A DNA stretch of 64,000 nt from Thermodesulfobacteriota bacterium (lineage in GTDB: Bacteria; Desulfobacterota_D; UBA1144): the NCBI GenBank assembly GCA_036340075.1, contig JAYYZJ010000008.1, positions 25,836 to 89,835 of the forward strand, written 5' to 3'. Below are positions 8,640-18,210 of the stretch, in pieces. The translations under genes were made by a program, and so were the position numbers. The notes below the pieces were generated by a model. The model saw only the letters and a list, made by a program, of their open reading frames with translations, ran no database searches and was not told where the DNA came from. Positions within the stretch are counted from its first letter, which is position 1; every line of letters begins with the position of its first letter.

Positions 8640-9866
8640 ATGAGTTCGGATATATCTAAAACATTAGATCAGAAAGTAGTTTTCCCAAAAGTTGTTGAAT
8701 ATTCACTTTTAGGGGGGTTTCTCTTAGGTGTAATAACTTTTATTTCTTCCTTAGCTCTTGGACATCAAGATGCAGCTTGGTCAGCATTTCATCTTAATTT
8801 TGTTTTTTGGGCCGGCATTACTCACGGTGGAGTAATTTTTGCCTGTGCAATGAGAATTACTAGTTCAAGTTGGGGAAGGTCTCTCATGAGAATTAGCGAA
8901 TCTTTCGCTGCCTTCTTGCCATTTGTTTTCATATTTCTACTTATTTTATTTTTAGGAAGAGAATACACAATGCCATACACAGTTTTAGAATATAAACAAA
9001 AATGGCTTAGTACTCCTTTGGTTTTTTTTAGAAGTATCATTTCTATAGGATTGTTACACATCTTAATATATTTATATTTATATAATTCAATCAAGCAGGA
9101 TTGTGTTGGGACAAAAAGATTTACTGGCTTTTTTGCATTTCTTTCTTCTGACGACGAAAAAGAAAAGGATTATGATTCAAATCTCTATAAGCTTTCTGTA
9201 GCATTGGCTTTTATATATGCATTATCTATGAGTTTCTTATCATGGGACTTTGTTATGTCCTTACATCCTCACTTTTATAGCACACTTTTTGGTGTTTACT
9301 ATTTTGTTGCTTCTCTCTTAGGAGCTTTAGGTTTATTAATCATCTTATCTTCAATACTAACTAATCGTTTTAATCTAGATAAAATAATTACCGAACATCA
9401 GTTTTATGATGCTGCCAAAATAATGTTCGGACTGTCAGTTTTTTGGCTGTACACTTTTTATTCTCAATTCCTTCCAATTTGGTATGCGAATATGCCAGAA
9501 GAAACTGGTTTTATTGGAATGAGAGTATTTGAACAACCATGGAAGTCTTTGTCTTGGGTAACAGTAACAGCCGTATTTGTTATACCATTTGTTACACTTA
9601 TTCCTAGAACAACAAAAATAGTAAAACCTGCATTAGCAACAATTGCAGCGATTTCTTTTCTCGGACTATTTCTTGAGAAAATCGTCCTTATTTATCCTTC
9701 AATTACTCACAATCATTTTCATTTTGGAATAGAAAGCATATTGATTTCGTTAGGCTTTCTGTCATTGTTTTTATTATGTGTAGTAAGGTTTCTAAGATAT
9801 TTTCCAATATTTGTTTCAAAGGACCAGTATCTTATTAAAAAACTATCCAAAGGAGATAATCATTAA
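8640..9866 (+). CDS. actF: Alternative complex III membrane subunit ActF
   Basis: About 10 TM helices, WDFVMSLHPHFYSTLFG, YSQFLPIWYANMPEE. ActC paralog positioned after actE. Confidence 0.9.
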   Translation: MSSDISKTLDQKVVFPKVVEYSLLGGFLLGVITFISSLALGHQDAAWSAFHLNFVFWAGITHGGVIFACAMRITSSSWGRSLMRISESFAAFLPFVFIFLLILFLGREYTMPYTVLEYKQKWLSTPLVFFRSIISIGLLHILIYLYLYNSIKQDCVGTKRFTGFFAFLSSDDEKEKDYDSNLYKLSVALAFIYALSMSFLSWDFVMSLHPHFYSTLFGVYYFVASLLGALGLLIILSSILTNRFNLDKIITEHQFYDAAKIMFGLSVFWLYTFYSQFLPIWYANMPEETGFIGMRVFEQPWKSLSWVTVTAVFVIPFVTLIPRTTKIVKPALATIAAISFLGLFLEKIVLIYPSITHNHFHFGIESILISLGFLSLFLLCVVRFLRYFPIFVSKDQYLIKKLSKGDNH

Positions 9867-10015
9867 TGGATTCACGTAGTGATAAATTAGGAAGAGCAGG
9901 AGCAATTGGATTAGCTATGGCTGTCTTTGGTTTTATTTCTCTTCTAGTGATTATATCTATGCTTGGGCCTTTTATTCCAAAAATTATAAGAATTCTAGGT
10001 GGTATAGTAAACTAG
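9866..10015 (+). CDS. 49-aa single-pass membrane protein, not in the ORF track; candidate ACIII small subunit
   Basis: MDSRSDKLGRAGAIGLAMAVFGFISLLVIISMLGPFIPKIIRILGGIVN*. TAATG-coupled to the actF stop, AGGAG at 9851-9855, and it fills the gap to purM. Confidence 0.75.
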   Translation: MDSRSDKLGRAGAIGLAMAVFGFISLLVIISMLGPFIPKIIRILGGIVN

Positions 10016-10022
10016 TTCTTAT

Positions 10023-11030
10023 ATGAAGAAAAAAACAACTTATCAAAATTCTGGAGTTAGTGTTAACACAGGAGATAAATTCGTTAAAAGCATTCAGCCT
10101 TATGTAAAGAAGACTCTAACCAAGGAGGTTGTTGGTTCCACTACATCATTTGCGGCTCTTTATTCAATTGAAGCAAAACAAAAGAAAATAAAAAAACCTA
10201 TATTGGTTGCTTGTACTGATGGAGTTGGAACAAAAATTGATCTTGGCATAAGAACTCGTAAGGTTAAAGGACTCGGTATAGATTTGGTTGCGATGTGCGT
10301 AAACGATTTAATTTGTTCTGGTGCTACACCTTTATTTTTTCTTGACTATTTGTCTACTTCTAAATTAGAAATAAAGTACCATTCAGAAGTCATCAAAGGT
10401 GTTGCGGAAGGATGTATTAAATCTGGTTGTTCATTGATAGGGGGCGAAACTGCAGAGATGCCAGGCATGTACAAATCAAAAGATTTCGATTTAGCGGGAT
10501 TCGCATTAGGAATAGTTGATAGAAATTATTTAATAGATTCAAAGAAAGTAAAAAAAGGTGATTTATTAATTGGAATTCAATCTAATGGGATTCATTCAAA
10601 TGGATATTCATTAATTCGAAAGCTCTTTTTTGGAAGAAAAAGTAAATTTTTAAATAACAAGAAACTAACAAACACCTTAATGAAGCCAACAAGAATTTAT
10701 GTTGATTTGATTGATAAAATAAAAAATAAAATTCAGATTAAGGGAATAGCTCATATAACAGGAGGAGGACTTTTGGGAAATATTCCAAGAATCATTCCGA
10801 AAAACTTAGATTATGATTTATATCCAGATTCCTGGAAGATACCAGAAATTTTTAATTTTATAAGTCATCATGCCAGACTCAATAATCAAGAAATGCTAAG
10901 TGTATATAATATGGGTATTGGCATGGTTCTTTGTATAAACGAAAATGATTTACAAAAATTAGACAAAGCATTTAAAGCCGCAAAAGAAAAGTATTATATA
11001 ATTGGAAGAGTAATAACAAAAAGAAAATAA
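10023..11030 (+). CDS. purM: Phosphoribosylformylglycinamidine cyclo-ligase (AIR synthetase)
   Basis: TDGVGTK, GIDLVAMCVND, GGETAEMPG, GIHSNGYSL, AHITGGG. Confidence 0.97.
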   Translation: MKKKTTYQNSGVSVNTGDKFVKSIQPYVKKTLTKEVVGSTTSFAALYSIEAKQKKIKKPILVACTDGVGTKIDLGIRTRKVKGLGIDLVAMCVNDLICSGATPLFFLDYLSTSKLEIKYHSEVIKGVAEGCIKSGCSLIGGETAEMPGMYKSKDFDLAGFALGIVDRNYLIDSKKVKKGDLLIGIQSNGIHSNGYSLIRKLFFGRKSKFLNNKKLTNTLMKPTRIYVDLIDKIKNKIQIKGIAHITGGGLLGNIPRIIPKNLDYDLYPDSWKIPEIFNFISHHARLNNQEMLSVYNMGIGMVLCINENDLQKLDKAFKAAKEKYYIIGRVITKRK

Positions 11031-11031
11031 T

Positions 11032-11826
11032 TTAAAAATCCCATGCTCCAGGAGCATAGTAAAAAGCAACTCTTATATTCAATTTCTGCAAGTTCCCCCA
11101 TGATTTAGGGAATGGAGGGTAGGGTGCTGCTTTTATGATAGATGATTTTGATTCGTTATCTAATCTTTTAAATCCAGAAGATTGTAAAATCTTAACATCA
11201 ATTAATTTTCCATCACGACTGATTGACATTTTCACCAGGACTTTTCCAACCTCTCCTCTATTTTTAGACTCAGGAGGATATTCCCATACCATCTCAATCT
11301 TTCTTTTGATTTTCAACATATAGGAGATATATTTAAACTCCTTAGTGTTAAGATCAACTGTGGCTTCTGTTTTAGCATTAGCAGAAGACATATCTGGTTT
11401 GAATATGCTTGCTTGATTTTTTATGGAATCACGATTCTTATCTTTCAAATCTTTCTGTTTCTTATTCTTCTTCTCAGTTTTTTTCAAGTCACCTGATTTA
11501 TCTTCTTCTTCAAGGTCCTCCTTCTCTCTTTTTTTTGAGAATTTACTTTCAACACTCTTCTTTGATGGAGGACTATAGTTATTTTTTTTGTTCTTTAATG
11601 CTTTTTCTTTTTCCGCTTTATTGGTATTCTTTGCAAATCTTTCTGCTTCATTATCTATATCATTATATTCTTGTTGAATTTCTGTAATTTCTATATATTT
11701 AATTGGCTTCTTATATATAAAATGGAAATCACTAAGAATTATGGCAAAAACAAATATTAACAGATGTATAAGTATTGATGATAATAAAAAATAATCTTTC
11801 TTAATTTTTTTAATTATTTTGTCCAC
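11032..11826 (-). CDS. tonB: TonB-family energy transducer
   Basis: N-terminal TM with SxxxH (SILIH), charged linker, and C-terminal YPPES...G.V...SSGFKRLD...AAPYPPFP domain. GTG start. Confidence 0.8.
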   Translation of the reverse strand: MDKIIKKIKKDYFLLSSILIHLLIFVFAIILSDFHFIYKKPIKYIEITEIQQEYNDIDNEAERFAKNTNKAEKEKALKNKKNNYSPPSKKSVESKFSKKREKEDLEEEDKSGDLKKTEKKNKKQKDLKDKNRDSIKNQASIFKPDMSSANAKTEATVDLNTKEFKYISYMLKIKRKIEMVWEYPPESKNRGEVGKVLVKMSISRDGKLIDVKILQSSGFKRLDNESKSSIIKAAPYPPFPKSWGNLQKLNIRVAFYYAPGAWDF

Positions 11827-11868
11827 ACTATGAATTTTAATTTATTTTTTCGAATGTATCATTAGTAA

Positions 11869-12123
11869 ATGACAAAAAAAAATAGTTTTACCTATTTTAT
11901 GCTTAGTTTCTTGGGTTTTTTCCTGCTATCAGAGAGTTACATGTATGCACTAAAATCACCAAGAGAACGCTGGAATTATAATAAGAGTGAAGATATGATT
12001 GAACATCATCAAAGAAAAGTTAAAATAAACGAAAAAGTAATAAAATCAATTAACAATTCAGAATTTGGACAAAATGAAAAGAACATGAGAAAAAGAAAAG
12101 GTTCACCAAGGGAACGATGGTAA
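11869..12123 (+). CDS. Small exported hypothetical protein with two SPRERW motifs
   Basis: Signal-peptide-like N-terminus. Fills the gap between tonB and the lipoprotein gene. Confidence 0.65.
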   Translation: MTKKNSFTYFMLSFLGFFLLSESYMYALKSPRERWNYNKSEDMIEHHQRKVKINEKVIKSINNSEFGQNEKNMRKRKGSPRERW

Positions 12124-12135
12124 GAGAGAGTAGAG

Positions 12136-12801
12136 ATGAAATTTAGTAAAAGAATTCCTATATTTATTATTTTCCTATTATTGATTGGTTGTTCTTCTAC
12201 CAGGGATCTCTGGGAAAAAAGACCGGATTGGATGATGCCAGATAAAAACAAGGCGGAGCTTAAGACTGATAGAAATTTAATTACGGGTTTTAATCTTGCT
12301 AGTTCTATTGGCGAAACAAAAAGAACAATTAAAGAGCGAGGTTTCGATTACAGAAAAGAGCGAATAGAGAAAAGAACCAAAATCGAATCTTATAAGTTTG
12401 ATGGCACCCTTTTTGATACAAAAAATCTTTTTACATATAAGAATTCACTTTCAACTGTAGATTTTTTCAAGGGCACCGTTCTATCTTCAAGGGTTTCGAT
12501 AGAGGCAACTAATGATGAAAATTTAGAGGAAATTGTGAATGCTGTTTATCAAATTTTAATTGATTTTTATTCTAATCCAATATCAGAGACTTCAATATAT
12601 TCCTTTCAGACTTATAAGTGGGACTTTGAAGATTTAGAAGTCTTTTTATCTATAGATAGGGAAAAGAGATCTGTTTTAATTTCCGAAGTTAATTCTAAAG
12701 TCGAAGAATCACGAAGTTTCCAAGAGTTTAAGGATGAATTTATTGAAGAGTATCAAACTTACGAAGAAGAAGTTAGATATGGAAAGAAAAAAGAACGCTA
12801 A
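12136..12801 (+). CDS. Hypothetical lipoprotein
   Basis: Basic N-terminus, hydrophobic stretch and lipobox LIGC. Confidence 0.7.
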   Translation: MKFSKRIPIFIIFLLLIGCSSTRDLWEKRPDWMMPDKNKAELKTDRNLITGFNLASSIGETKRTIKERGFDYRKERIEKRTKIESYKFDGTLFDTKNLFTYKNSLSTVDFFKGTVLSSRVSIEATNDENLEEIVNAVYQILIDFYSNPISETSIYSFQTYKWDFEDLEVFLSIDREKRSVLISEVNSKVEESRSFQEFKDEFIEEYQTYEEEVRYGKKKER

Positions 12802-14759
12802 TTTGCTTTTTCTACAATTTCAGCAAAATCTACCATTATTTCATTAAGGGAATAATCTTTAGGAGTATAAATAGCTTTTACGCCAAAACCTTTAAGCACT
12901 TTATGATCTTCGTTAGGTATAATTCCGCCAACGATTAAAGGTGTTGACTGAAAACCTTTCTCTTCTAACATTTTTATTATTCTTGGAACTATAGTTAGAT
13001 GAGAGCCAGACAATATACTAAGCCCTATTAAATCAACGTTTTCTTGTTCAACGGTACTTACAATTTCTTGAGGAGTTAACCTGATTCCATGATAGATTAC
13101 CTCCATTCCAACATCTCTTGCACGAACCGCAATTTGTTCTGCACCGTTTGAATGACCATCTAAACCTGGTTTCCCAACTAGTATTTTCAGCGGTCTACCA
13201 AGTTTTTCATTAACTTGACTTATTTTCTTACGCGCAATCTCTGTAGAGTCATCTTCTATATTTGCGGAAATTGATGTACCAGTAGGAGGTCTATATTCGC
13301 CAAGTACCTCTCTTAAAGTGTTAGCCCATTCTCCTGTAGTAACACCACTAGATGCACACTCAATAGATATCCCCATAATGTTTTCTTTGTCTTCTATGGC
13401 TTTTTGTAATTTTTTTAAATTATTATTTATAATTTCTTGGTTTCTATTTTTTTTGAAAAGTTTTAACGAATCAATTTTTTTCCTAGCAGTATCTTCATTG
13501 ACTTTTTGTATAGATTCATCCATTTGGAGCGGAGATTCTTCAGTTTCTTCGAAACAATTTACACCAACAATTTGTTTTTCTTTTGTTTCTATCTCATGGG
13601 ACCTTTTAGAAAGTGATGATACTAATGATTCCTTCATATAACCATTTTCTAGGGCGACGGTTGCGCCTCCCATCTTTTCAATTTTATCAATTTCTTTATA
13701 AGCATCAGCTTTTAGCTCCTTAACTTTGCTTTCTATTACCGGTGAACCCTCAAATATATCAGAATACTCTAAAAGGTCTGTCTCATAAGCTAAAATTTGC
13801 TGAAACCTTAGAGACCACTGTTGATCCCACGGTTTTGGAAGACCTAGTGCTTCATTCCACCCAGGAAGCTGTATTGCTCGTGCCCTAGCATTTTTACTTA
13901 AAGTCACAGCCAACATCTCTATAATAATTCTCGCTACATTGTTTTCTGGTTGTTGAGCAGTTAATCCTAGTGAGTTTACTTGTACTCCATATCTGAATCT
14001 TCTATTTTTAGGGTCTTCAACTTTATACTTTTTAAGGCAAATTTCATCCCACATTTCTGTAAAAGCTCTCATCTTGCATAACTCTTCAACGAATCTAATT
14101 CCAGCATTTACAAAAAAAGATATCCTACCAACAACATTAGGAAATTCTTTTTCAGGAATTTCTCCAGAGTCCTTAACTGCATCAAGTATGCAAATCGCAT
14201 TAGAAAGTGAAAAAGCTATTTCTTGGACAGGAGTAGCTCCTGCTTCTTGCAAATGATAGCTGCATATATTTGTTGGATTCCACTTGGGTATGTTTTTGTA
14301 GCAAAAGACTATCATGTCAGAGATTAATTTTATTGATTCTTTAGGGGGAAAGATATAGGTCCCTCTTGATAAATATTCTTTCATTATGTCGTTTTGCGTT
14401 GTCCCTTGTAGATTTTTTAAATCTACTTTGTTTTCCTTAGCACTTGCACAATACAAAGCTAATAACCATGCAGCAGTTGCATTTATCGTCATAGACGTGT
14501 TCATTTTGTCTAGAGGTATTCCATCAAAAAGAGTTAACATATCTTCCATGTTAGAAATAGGTACGCCTACTTTTCCTACTTCTCCTTCTGATAATATATG
14601 GTCTGAGTCATAGCCAGTTTGAGTAGGAAGATCAAAAGCAATACTTAAACCAGTTTGTCCTTTTGATAAATTAGTTTTAAAAAGTTTATTTGATTCCTTG
14701 GCAGTACTATGTCCAGCATAGGTTCTCATTATCCATGATCTATCTTTACTTGAACTCAT
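12798..14759 (-). CDS. ecm: Ethylmalonyl-CoA mutase (B12-dependent, MeaA/Ecm)
   Basis: WIMRTYAGHSTA (Ecm-type), NICSYHLQEAGATP, GVQVNSLGLT, and B12-binding GKPGLDGHSNGA. Confidence 0.95.
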   Translation of the reverse strand: MSSSKDRSWIMRTYAGHSTAKESNKLFKTNLSKGQTGLSIAFDLPTQTGYDSDHILSEGEVGKVGVPISNMEDMLTLFDGIPLDKMNTSMTINATAAWLLALYCASAKENKVDLKNLQGTTQNDIMKEYLSRGTYIFPPKESIKLISDMIVFCYKNIPKWNPTNICSYHLQEAGATPVQEIAFSLSNAICILDAVKDSGEIPEKEFPNVVGRISFFVNAGIRFVEELCKMRAFTEMWDEICLKKYKVEDPKNRRFRYGVQVNSLGLTAQQPENNVARIIIEMLAVTLSKNARARAIQLPGWNEALGLPKPWDQQWSLRFQQILAYETDLLEYSDIFEGSPVIESKVKELKADAYKEIDKIEKMGGATVALENGYMKESLVSSLSKRSHEIETKEKQIVGVNCFEETEESPLQMDESIQKVNEDTARKKIDSLKLFKKNRNQEIINNNLKKLQKAIEDKENIMGISIECASSGVTTGEWANTLREVLGEYRPPTGTSISANIEDDSTEIARKKISQVNEKLGRPLKILVGKPGLDGHSNGAEQIAVRARDVGMEVIYHGIRLTPQEIVSTVEQENVDLIGLSILSGSHLTIVPRIIKMLEEKGFQSTPLIVGGIIPNEDHKVLKGFGVKAIYTPKDYSLNEIMVDFAEIVEKAN

Positions 14760-14804
14760 AACGTAATTTTACCTGTTTTTGCTGATAATCTGACTATGTA
14801 TAGT

Positions 14805-15839
14805 TTAATCGGTTGAGCTTAATATGTCATAGCCAGTTATAGACTTACTTTTTTCGGCCATTGAGTCGAGATATTCTTTGTCAACCAATCCAGCAAGATG
14901 CGCTTTTGATACTCTCATAAGTGCTATTTTTGCAGTAGCCTCATCAATCATTTCGCCGGTTTCAGGATTGAACATTGATCCTCCACCCATTTCATGATAG
15001 AACTCTAATTGCTGCTTTGCTTCTTTAATTTGTTGTTCATTCGGAGTAAATGCATCATTTGAAATGATAGCTTGTTGAGGATGAATCACCCAAGTTCCAT
15101 CCATACCTATTAAAGCCGAGCCTTGTACTTTTTTTCTTAAACCATCTTCAACTTTTTTAACTTGTTCAGGAGTATCATCTTTTCTCCAAAGACCTAGATA
15201 AACATTATCAATAGCATGAAGACCAGCGGCTTTGGCAGCAGTAATCACAGCTTTCTTTTCATAATAGAATACTTCATTCTGACCATCTAAACATGCGCTA
15301 GGATCTACACCAAGTTCTGCAGTATAATCAGCAATACCAAAAATTAATCCAGCCATCCTAGGGGAGGCTTTTGCCATTTCAAAAGCATATTCTAAAGCCC
15401 TAGGTCTTTCTATTAAAGCTTCAATTGCTAATTTAGTTTTCCATCCATTTTTAGCTTCTAGTTCATCAAGTGTATCCGAAACCAGTTTTACATCTTCTGG
15501 TCCATTACATTTAGGAATTATGATTCCATGAAACTTATCAACTGCACCACTCAAAACTGCTTCCATGTCTCCTCTAAAGAATTCTGACCTTAGATTATTT
15601 GGCCTTACAGTTATAACTTTCTTTCCAAAATCTAAAGTATTAAGAGCTTCCACCATTGTCGCTCTACTTTTATCACCTTTGAATTCATAAGGACATGCAT
15701 CTTCTAAATCAGCCATTACGTGGTCTACAGGAGTTTTTTCTGGACTCGCGGCATTTGTATGTAGCTTCATATTATGACCAGGATATGTTAGCTCAGTTCT
15801 TGGTACTACTATTCGTGTTCCTTCATCTAATATAAACAA
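14805..15839 (-). CDS. mcl: CitE-family CoA-ester lyase, probable malyl-CoA/beta-methylmalyl-CoA lyase
   Basis: ADLEDAC, VRPN, IIPK, LIE, IFGIADY, WVIHPQQ, GEMIDEA. Adjacent to ecm; TTG start with GGAGG RBS. Confidence 0.75.
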   Translation of the reverse strand: MFILDEGTRIVVPRTELTYPGHNMKLHTNAASPEKTPVDHVMADLEDACPYEFKGDKSRATMVEALNTLDFGKKVITVRPNNLRSEFFRGDMEAVLSGAVDKFHGIIIPKCNGPEDVKLVSDTLDELEAKNGWKTKLAIEALIERPRALEYAFEMAKASPRMAGLIFGIADYTAELGVDPSACLDGQNEVFYYEKKAVITAAKAAGLHAIDNVYLGLWRKDDTPEQVKKVEDGLRKKVQGSALIGMDGTWVIHPQQAIISNDAFTPNEQQIKEAKQQLEFYHEMGGGSMFNPETGEMIDEATAKIALMRVSKAHLAGLVDKEYLDSMAEKSKSITGYDILSSTD

Positions 15840-15860
15840 TTTAATTCCTCCTAAAGAAAT

Positions 15861-17024
15861 CTATTTATTTAAAATTGATTTTGCAATTACTTCGTGCTGA
15901 ATTTCGCTGGTACCTTCGAAGATGCTTATTACTCTTCCATCTCTCCAGTATCGCTCTACTGGAAATTCTTTAGAGTAACCATATCCTCCAAGTATTTGCA
16001 TAGCCTCTCTTGTTATAAACTCTACAGCTTTAGCAGCTTTGACTTTTGCCATTCCAGCCTCTAAATCACATCGTTTACCAGAATCTTTCATAGATGCAGC
16101 ATAATAAACAAGCTGTCTAGCAGCTTCAAGTTCTACTGCCATTTCCGAGAGTTTCATTCTTATTGCTTGATGTTCGCATATTGGTTTTCCAAACTGCTCT
16201 CTTTCTTTTGAATATTGCAGAGCAAAATCAAAAGCAGCCTGAGAAACTCCTACGGCTCGTGCAGCAGTTTGCAATCTTGCTGACTCATAACTTACCATTA
16301 ATTGATAAAAGCCTTTATTTTCTTCACCACTTAAGAGATTTTCGTCTGGAACAAAGACATCTTCAAAGGCAAGATTAAAAGATCTCATTCCGTGATAACC
16401 AACTGTAGGTATAGGCTCACCTTTAATATTAGGATGGTCAATTTTTTCACCAGGTTCTTTGTCGACAAAGAATATACTTAATCCTTTATGTCGCTTACTT
16501 GCATCAGGATCAGTTCTAGCAAGGACTATCAAACAGTTTGAGCGATTTGCAAATGTGCACCATGCTTTTGCACCATTAAGCAAATACCCACCATCAGTTT
16601 TTGTAGCTTTCAATCTCATACTGGCCGAGTCTGAGCCAGAATCAGGTTCTGTAAAAGCCGCAGCAGGAAGTATTTGTCCAGTTGCAAGTCCAGGTAGATA
16701 TTTTTTCTTTTGTTCTTCAGTTCCATGAGCCATTAACAATGTGCCCATTATTACTCCACGTGTCATAACACTTCCTACACTAAGCCACCCTCTGCTTAGT
16801 TCTTCTGCAACTATCGACATAGTTATATTGTCTAATTCAAGACCATCATATTCTTCGGGAAAAACTATACCGAAGTAACCTTGTTCTGCCATCTTCTGTA
16901 TAATTTCAGTTGGTATTTCAGCATTTTTTGCATCTAGCTCTGAAGCTATAGGCTCTATTTCTTCTTCAGTGAATCTTCTGACAGCACTTCTAAATTCTTC
17001 ATGATCTTTAGTTATTAAAGGCAT
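15861..17024 (-). CDS. Acyl-CoA dehydrogenase, probable (2S)-methylsuccinyl-CoA dehydrogenase
   Basis: EELSRGWLSVGS, FTEPDSGSD, VGYHGM, ESARLQTAARAVG, SIFEGTSEIQ. In operon with ecm and mcl. Confidence 0.75.
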   Translation of the reverse strand: MPLITKDHEEFRSAVRRFTEEEIEPIASELDAKNAEIPTEIIQKMAEQGYFGIVFPEEYDGLELDNITMSIVAEELSRGWLSVGSVMTRGVIMGTLLMAHGTEEQKKKYLPGLATGQILPAAAFTEPDSGSDSASMRLKATKTDGGYLLNGAKAWCTFANRSNCLIVLARTDPDASKRHKGLSIFFVDKEPGEKIDHPNIKGEPIPTVGYHGMRSFNLAFEDVFVPDENLLSGEENKGFYQLMVSYESARLQTAARAVGVSQAAFDFALQYSKEREQFGKPICEHQAIRMKLSEMAVELEAARQLVYYAASMKDSGKRCDLEAGMAKVKAAKAVEFITREAMQILGGYGYSKEFPVERYWRDGRVISIFEGTSEIQHEVIAKSILNK

Positions 17025-17168
17025 ATATCCTCCTAATTGGTAAAATATTTAAAAGGCAAAACTTTCAGTCTTTTATTATACATTGCAATTGCTCAAATAA
17101 AAGAAAAAAGAGTCCAAATAAGACATATTTAGTGTAAACTGATTTTAAAAAGGGAAACGGAGGCTATT

Positions 17169-17636
17169 ATGGATTTTACTCACATAAATATAGAGCTAGA
17201 AACGGGCATTGTTAAGATTAAATTACGAACCGACCTCGCGCCAAACCACTGTAAAAGAATCGCAGAGCTAGCAGAAGAAGGTTTTTACAATGAAGTAGTT
17301 TTTCATAGGGTTATACCAAATTTTATGGCACAAACTGGGGATCCAACAGGAACTGGAACAGGTGGATCTGACAAACCAGACTTAAAGGCGGAATTTAGCA
17401 GCGAAAACCATAAGAGAGGCACAGCCTCCATGGCAAGATCTCAAAGCGAGGATTCAGGAAATTCTCAATTTTTTATTTGTTTCCAGGATTGTTCATGGCT
17501 TGATGGTCAATATACAGTTTGGGGAGAAGTTGAAGAAGGAATGGAGTTTGTTGATGCAATTAAAAAGGGAACAGATGAAAGTGGAATTGTTGATACTCCT
17601 GATAAAATGATTAAAGTTACCCCCATTAAGGAATAA
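17169..17636 (+). CDS. Cyclophilin-type peptidyl-prolyl cis-trans isomerase
   Basis: FHRVIPNFMAQTGDPTGTGTGGS, SMAR, NSQFFI, LDGQYTVWG. Confidence 0.95.
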   Translation: MDFTHINIELETGIVKIKLRTDLAPNHCKRIAELAEEGFYNEVVFHRVIPNFMAQTGDPTGTGTGGSDKPDLKAEFSSENHKRGTASMARSQSEDSGNSQFFICFQDCSWLDGQYTVWGEVEEGMEFVDAIKKGTDESGIVDTPDKMIKVTPIKE

Positions 17637-17638
17637 TT

Positions 17639-18202
17639 ATGAATTTAAACAAGGTGCCTTTTATTAGAGACAACAAGTGGTTGCTTACTCCGGTTTTGTA
17701 TGTGTCAGTTCTAGTACTATTTTCAGTTTTGTTTTTGTACAAGAATTCACAAAACAATTATGTCGATTATGATGAAGATTCCATCTTAGGTATAGAGCTT
17801 CATATGCGATACCCTGAGATTAATGAAAAATTAAAATATAAATCAGATTCCAAAGAGTTTGCTTTAATCTCCCGAATACTTAATAAAAAAGATTTTCAAT
17901 TAGCTAGAGATTCAGAATTATCACTATTGCAGAATGCAAATGTAGCAGGATTTTATGTTTTTAATTCAGATTATAAAATGCTTGCGATTGGTTACATGTC
18001 TAATAATGGTGCAGACTGCAAGAAGCTTAGAGCTATAACAATTAGCAAATTAGGGAAACACGATATGGCATCAAAAGACGATTCTTTAAGTGAAAAACTT
18101 TCGTGGAAATCGGAAATGAACAATTACACCTTTTTTAATCAATTTTCATCTCAAGGTGTTCAATTAGGAAGAATCTGTGGTTATATGATTTCTTCTAATT
18201 AG
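17639..18202 (+). CDS. Hypothetical membrane-anchored protein
   Basis: One N-terminal TM helix. Starts 2 nt after the PPIase stop. Confidence 0.7.
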   Translation: MNLNKVPFIRDNKWLLTPVLYVSVLVLFSVLFLYKNSQNNYVDYDEDSILGIELHMRYPEINEKLKYKSDSKEFALISRILNKKDFQLARDSELSLLQNANVAGFYVFNSDYKMLAIGYMSNNGADCKKLRAITISKLGKHDMASKDDSLSEKLSWKSEMNNYTFFNQFSSQGVQLGRICGYMISSN

Positions 18203-18210
18203 AGGTATTA

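Noticed and set aside
17025..17168. Possible cobalamin riboswitch upstream of the B12-dependent ecm operon
   Set aside because: The region is short and AT-rich, with no B12-box or conserved riboswitch core visible.
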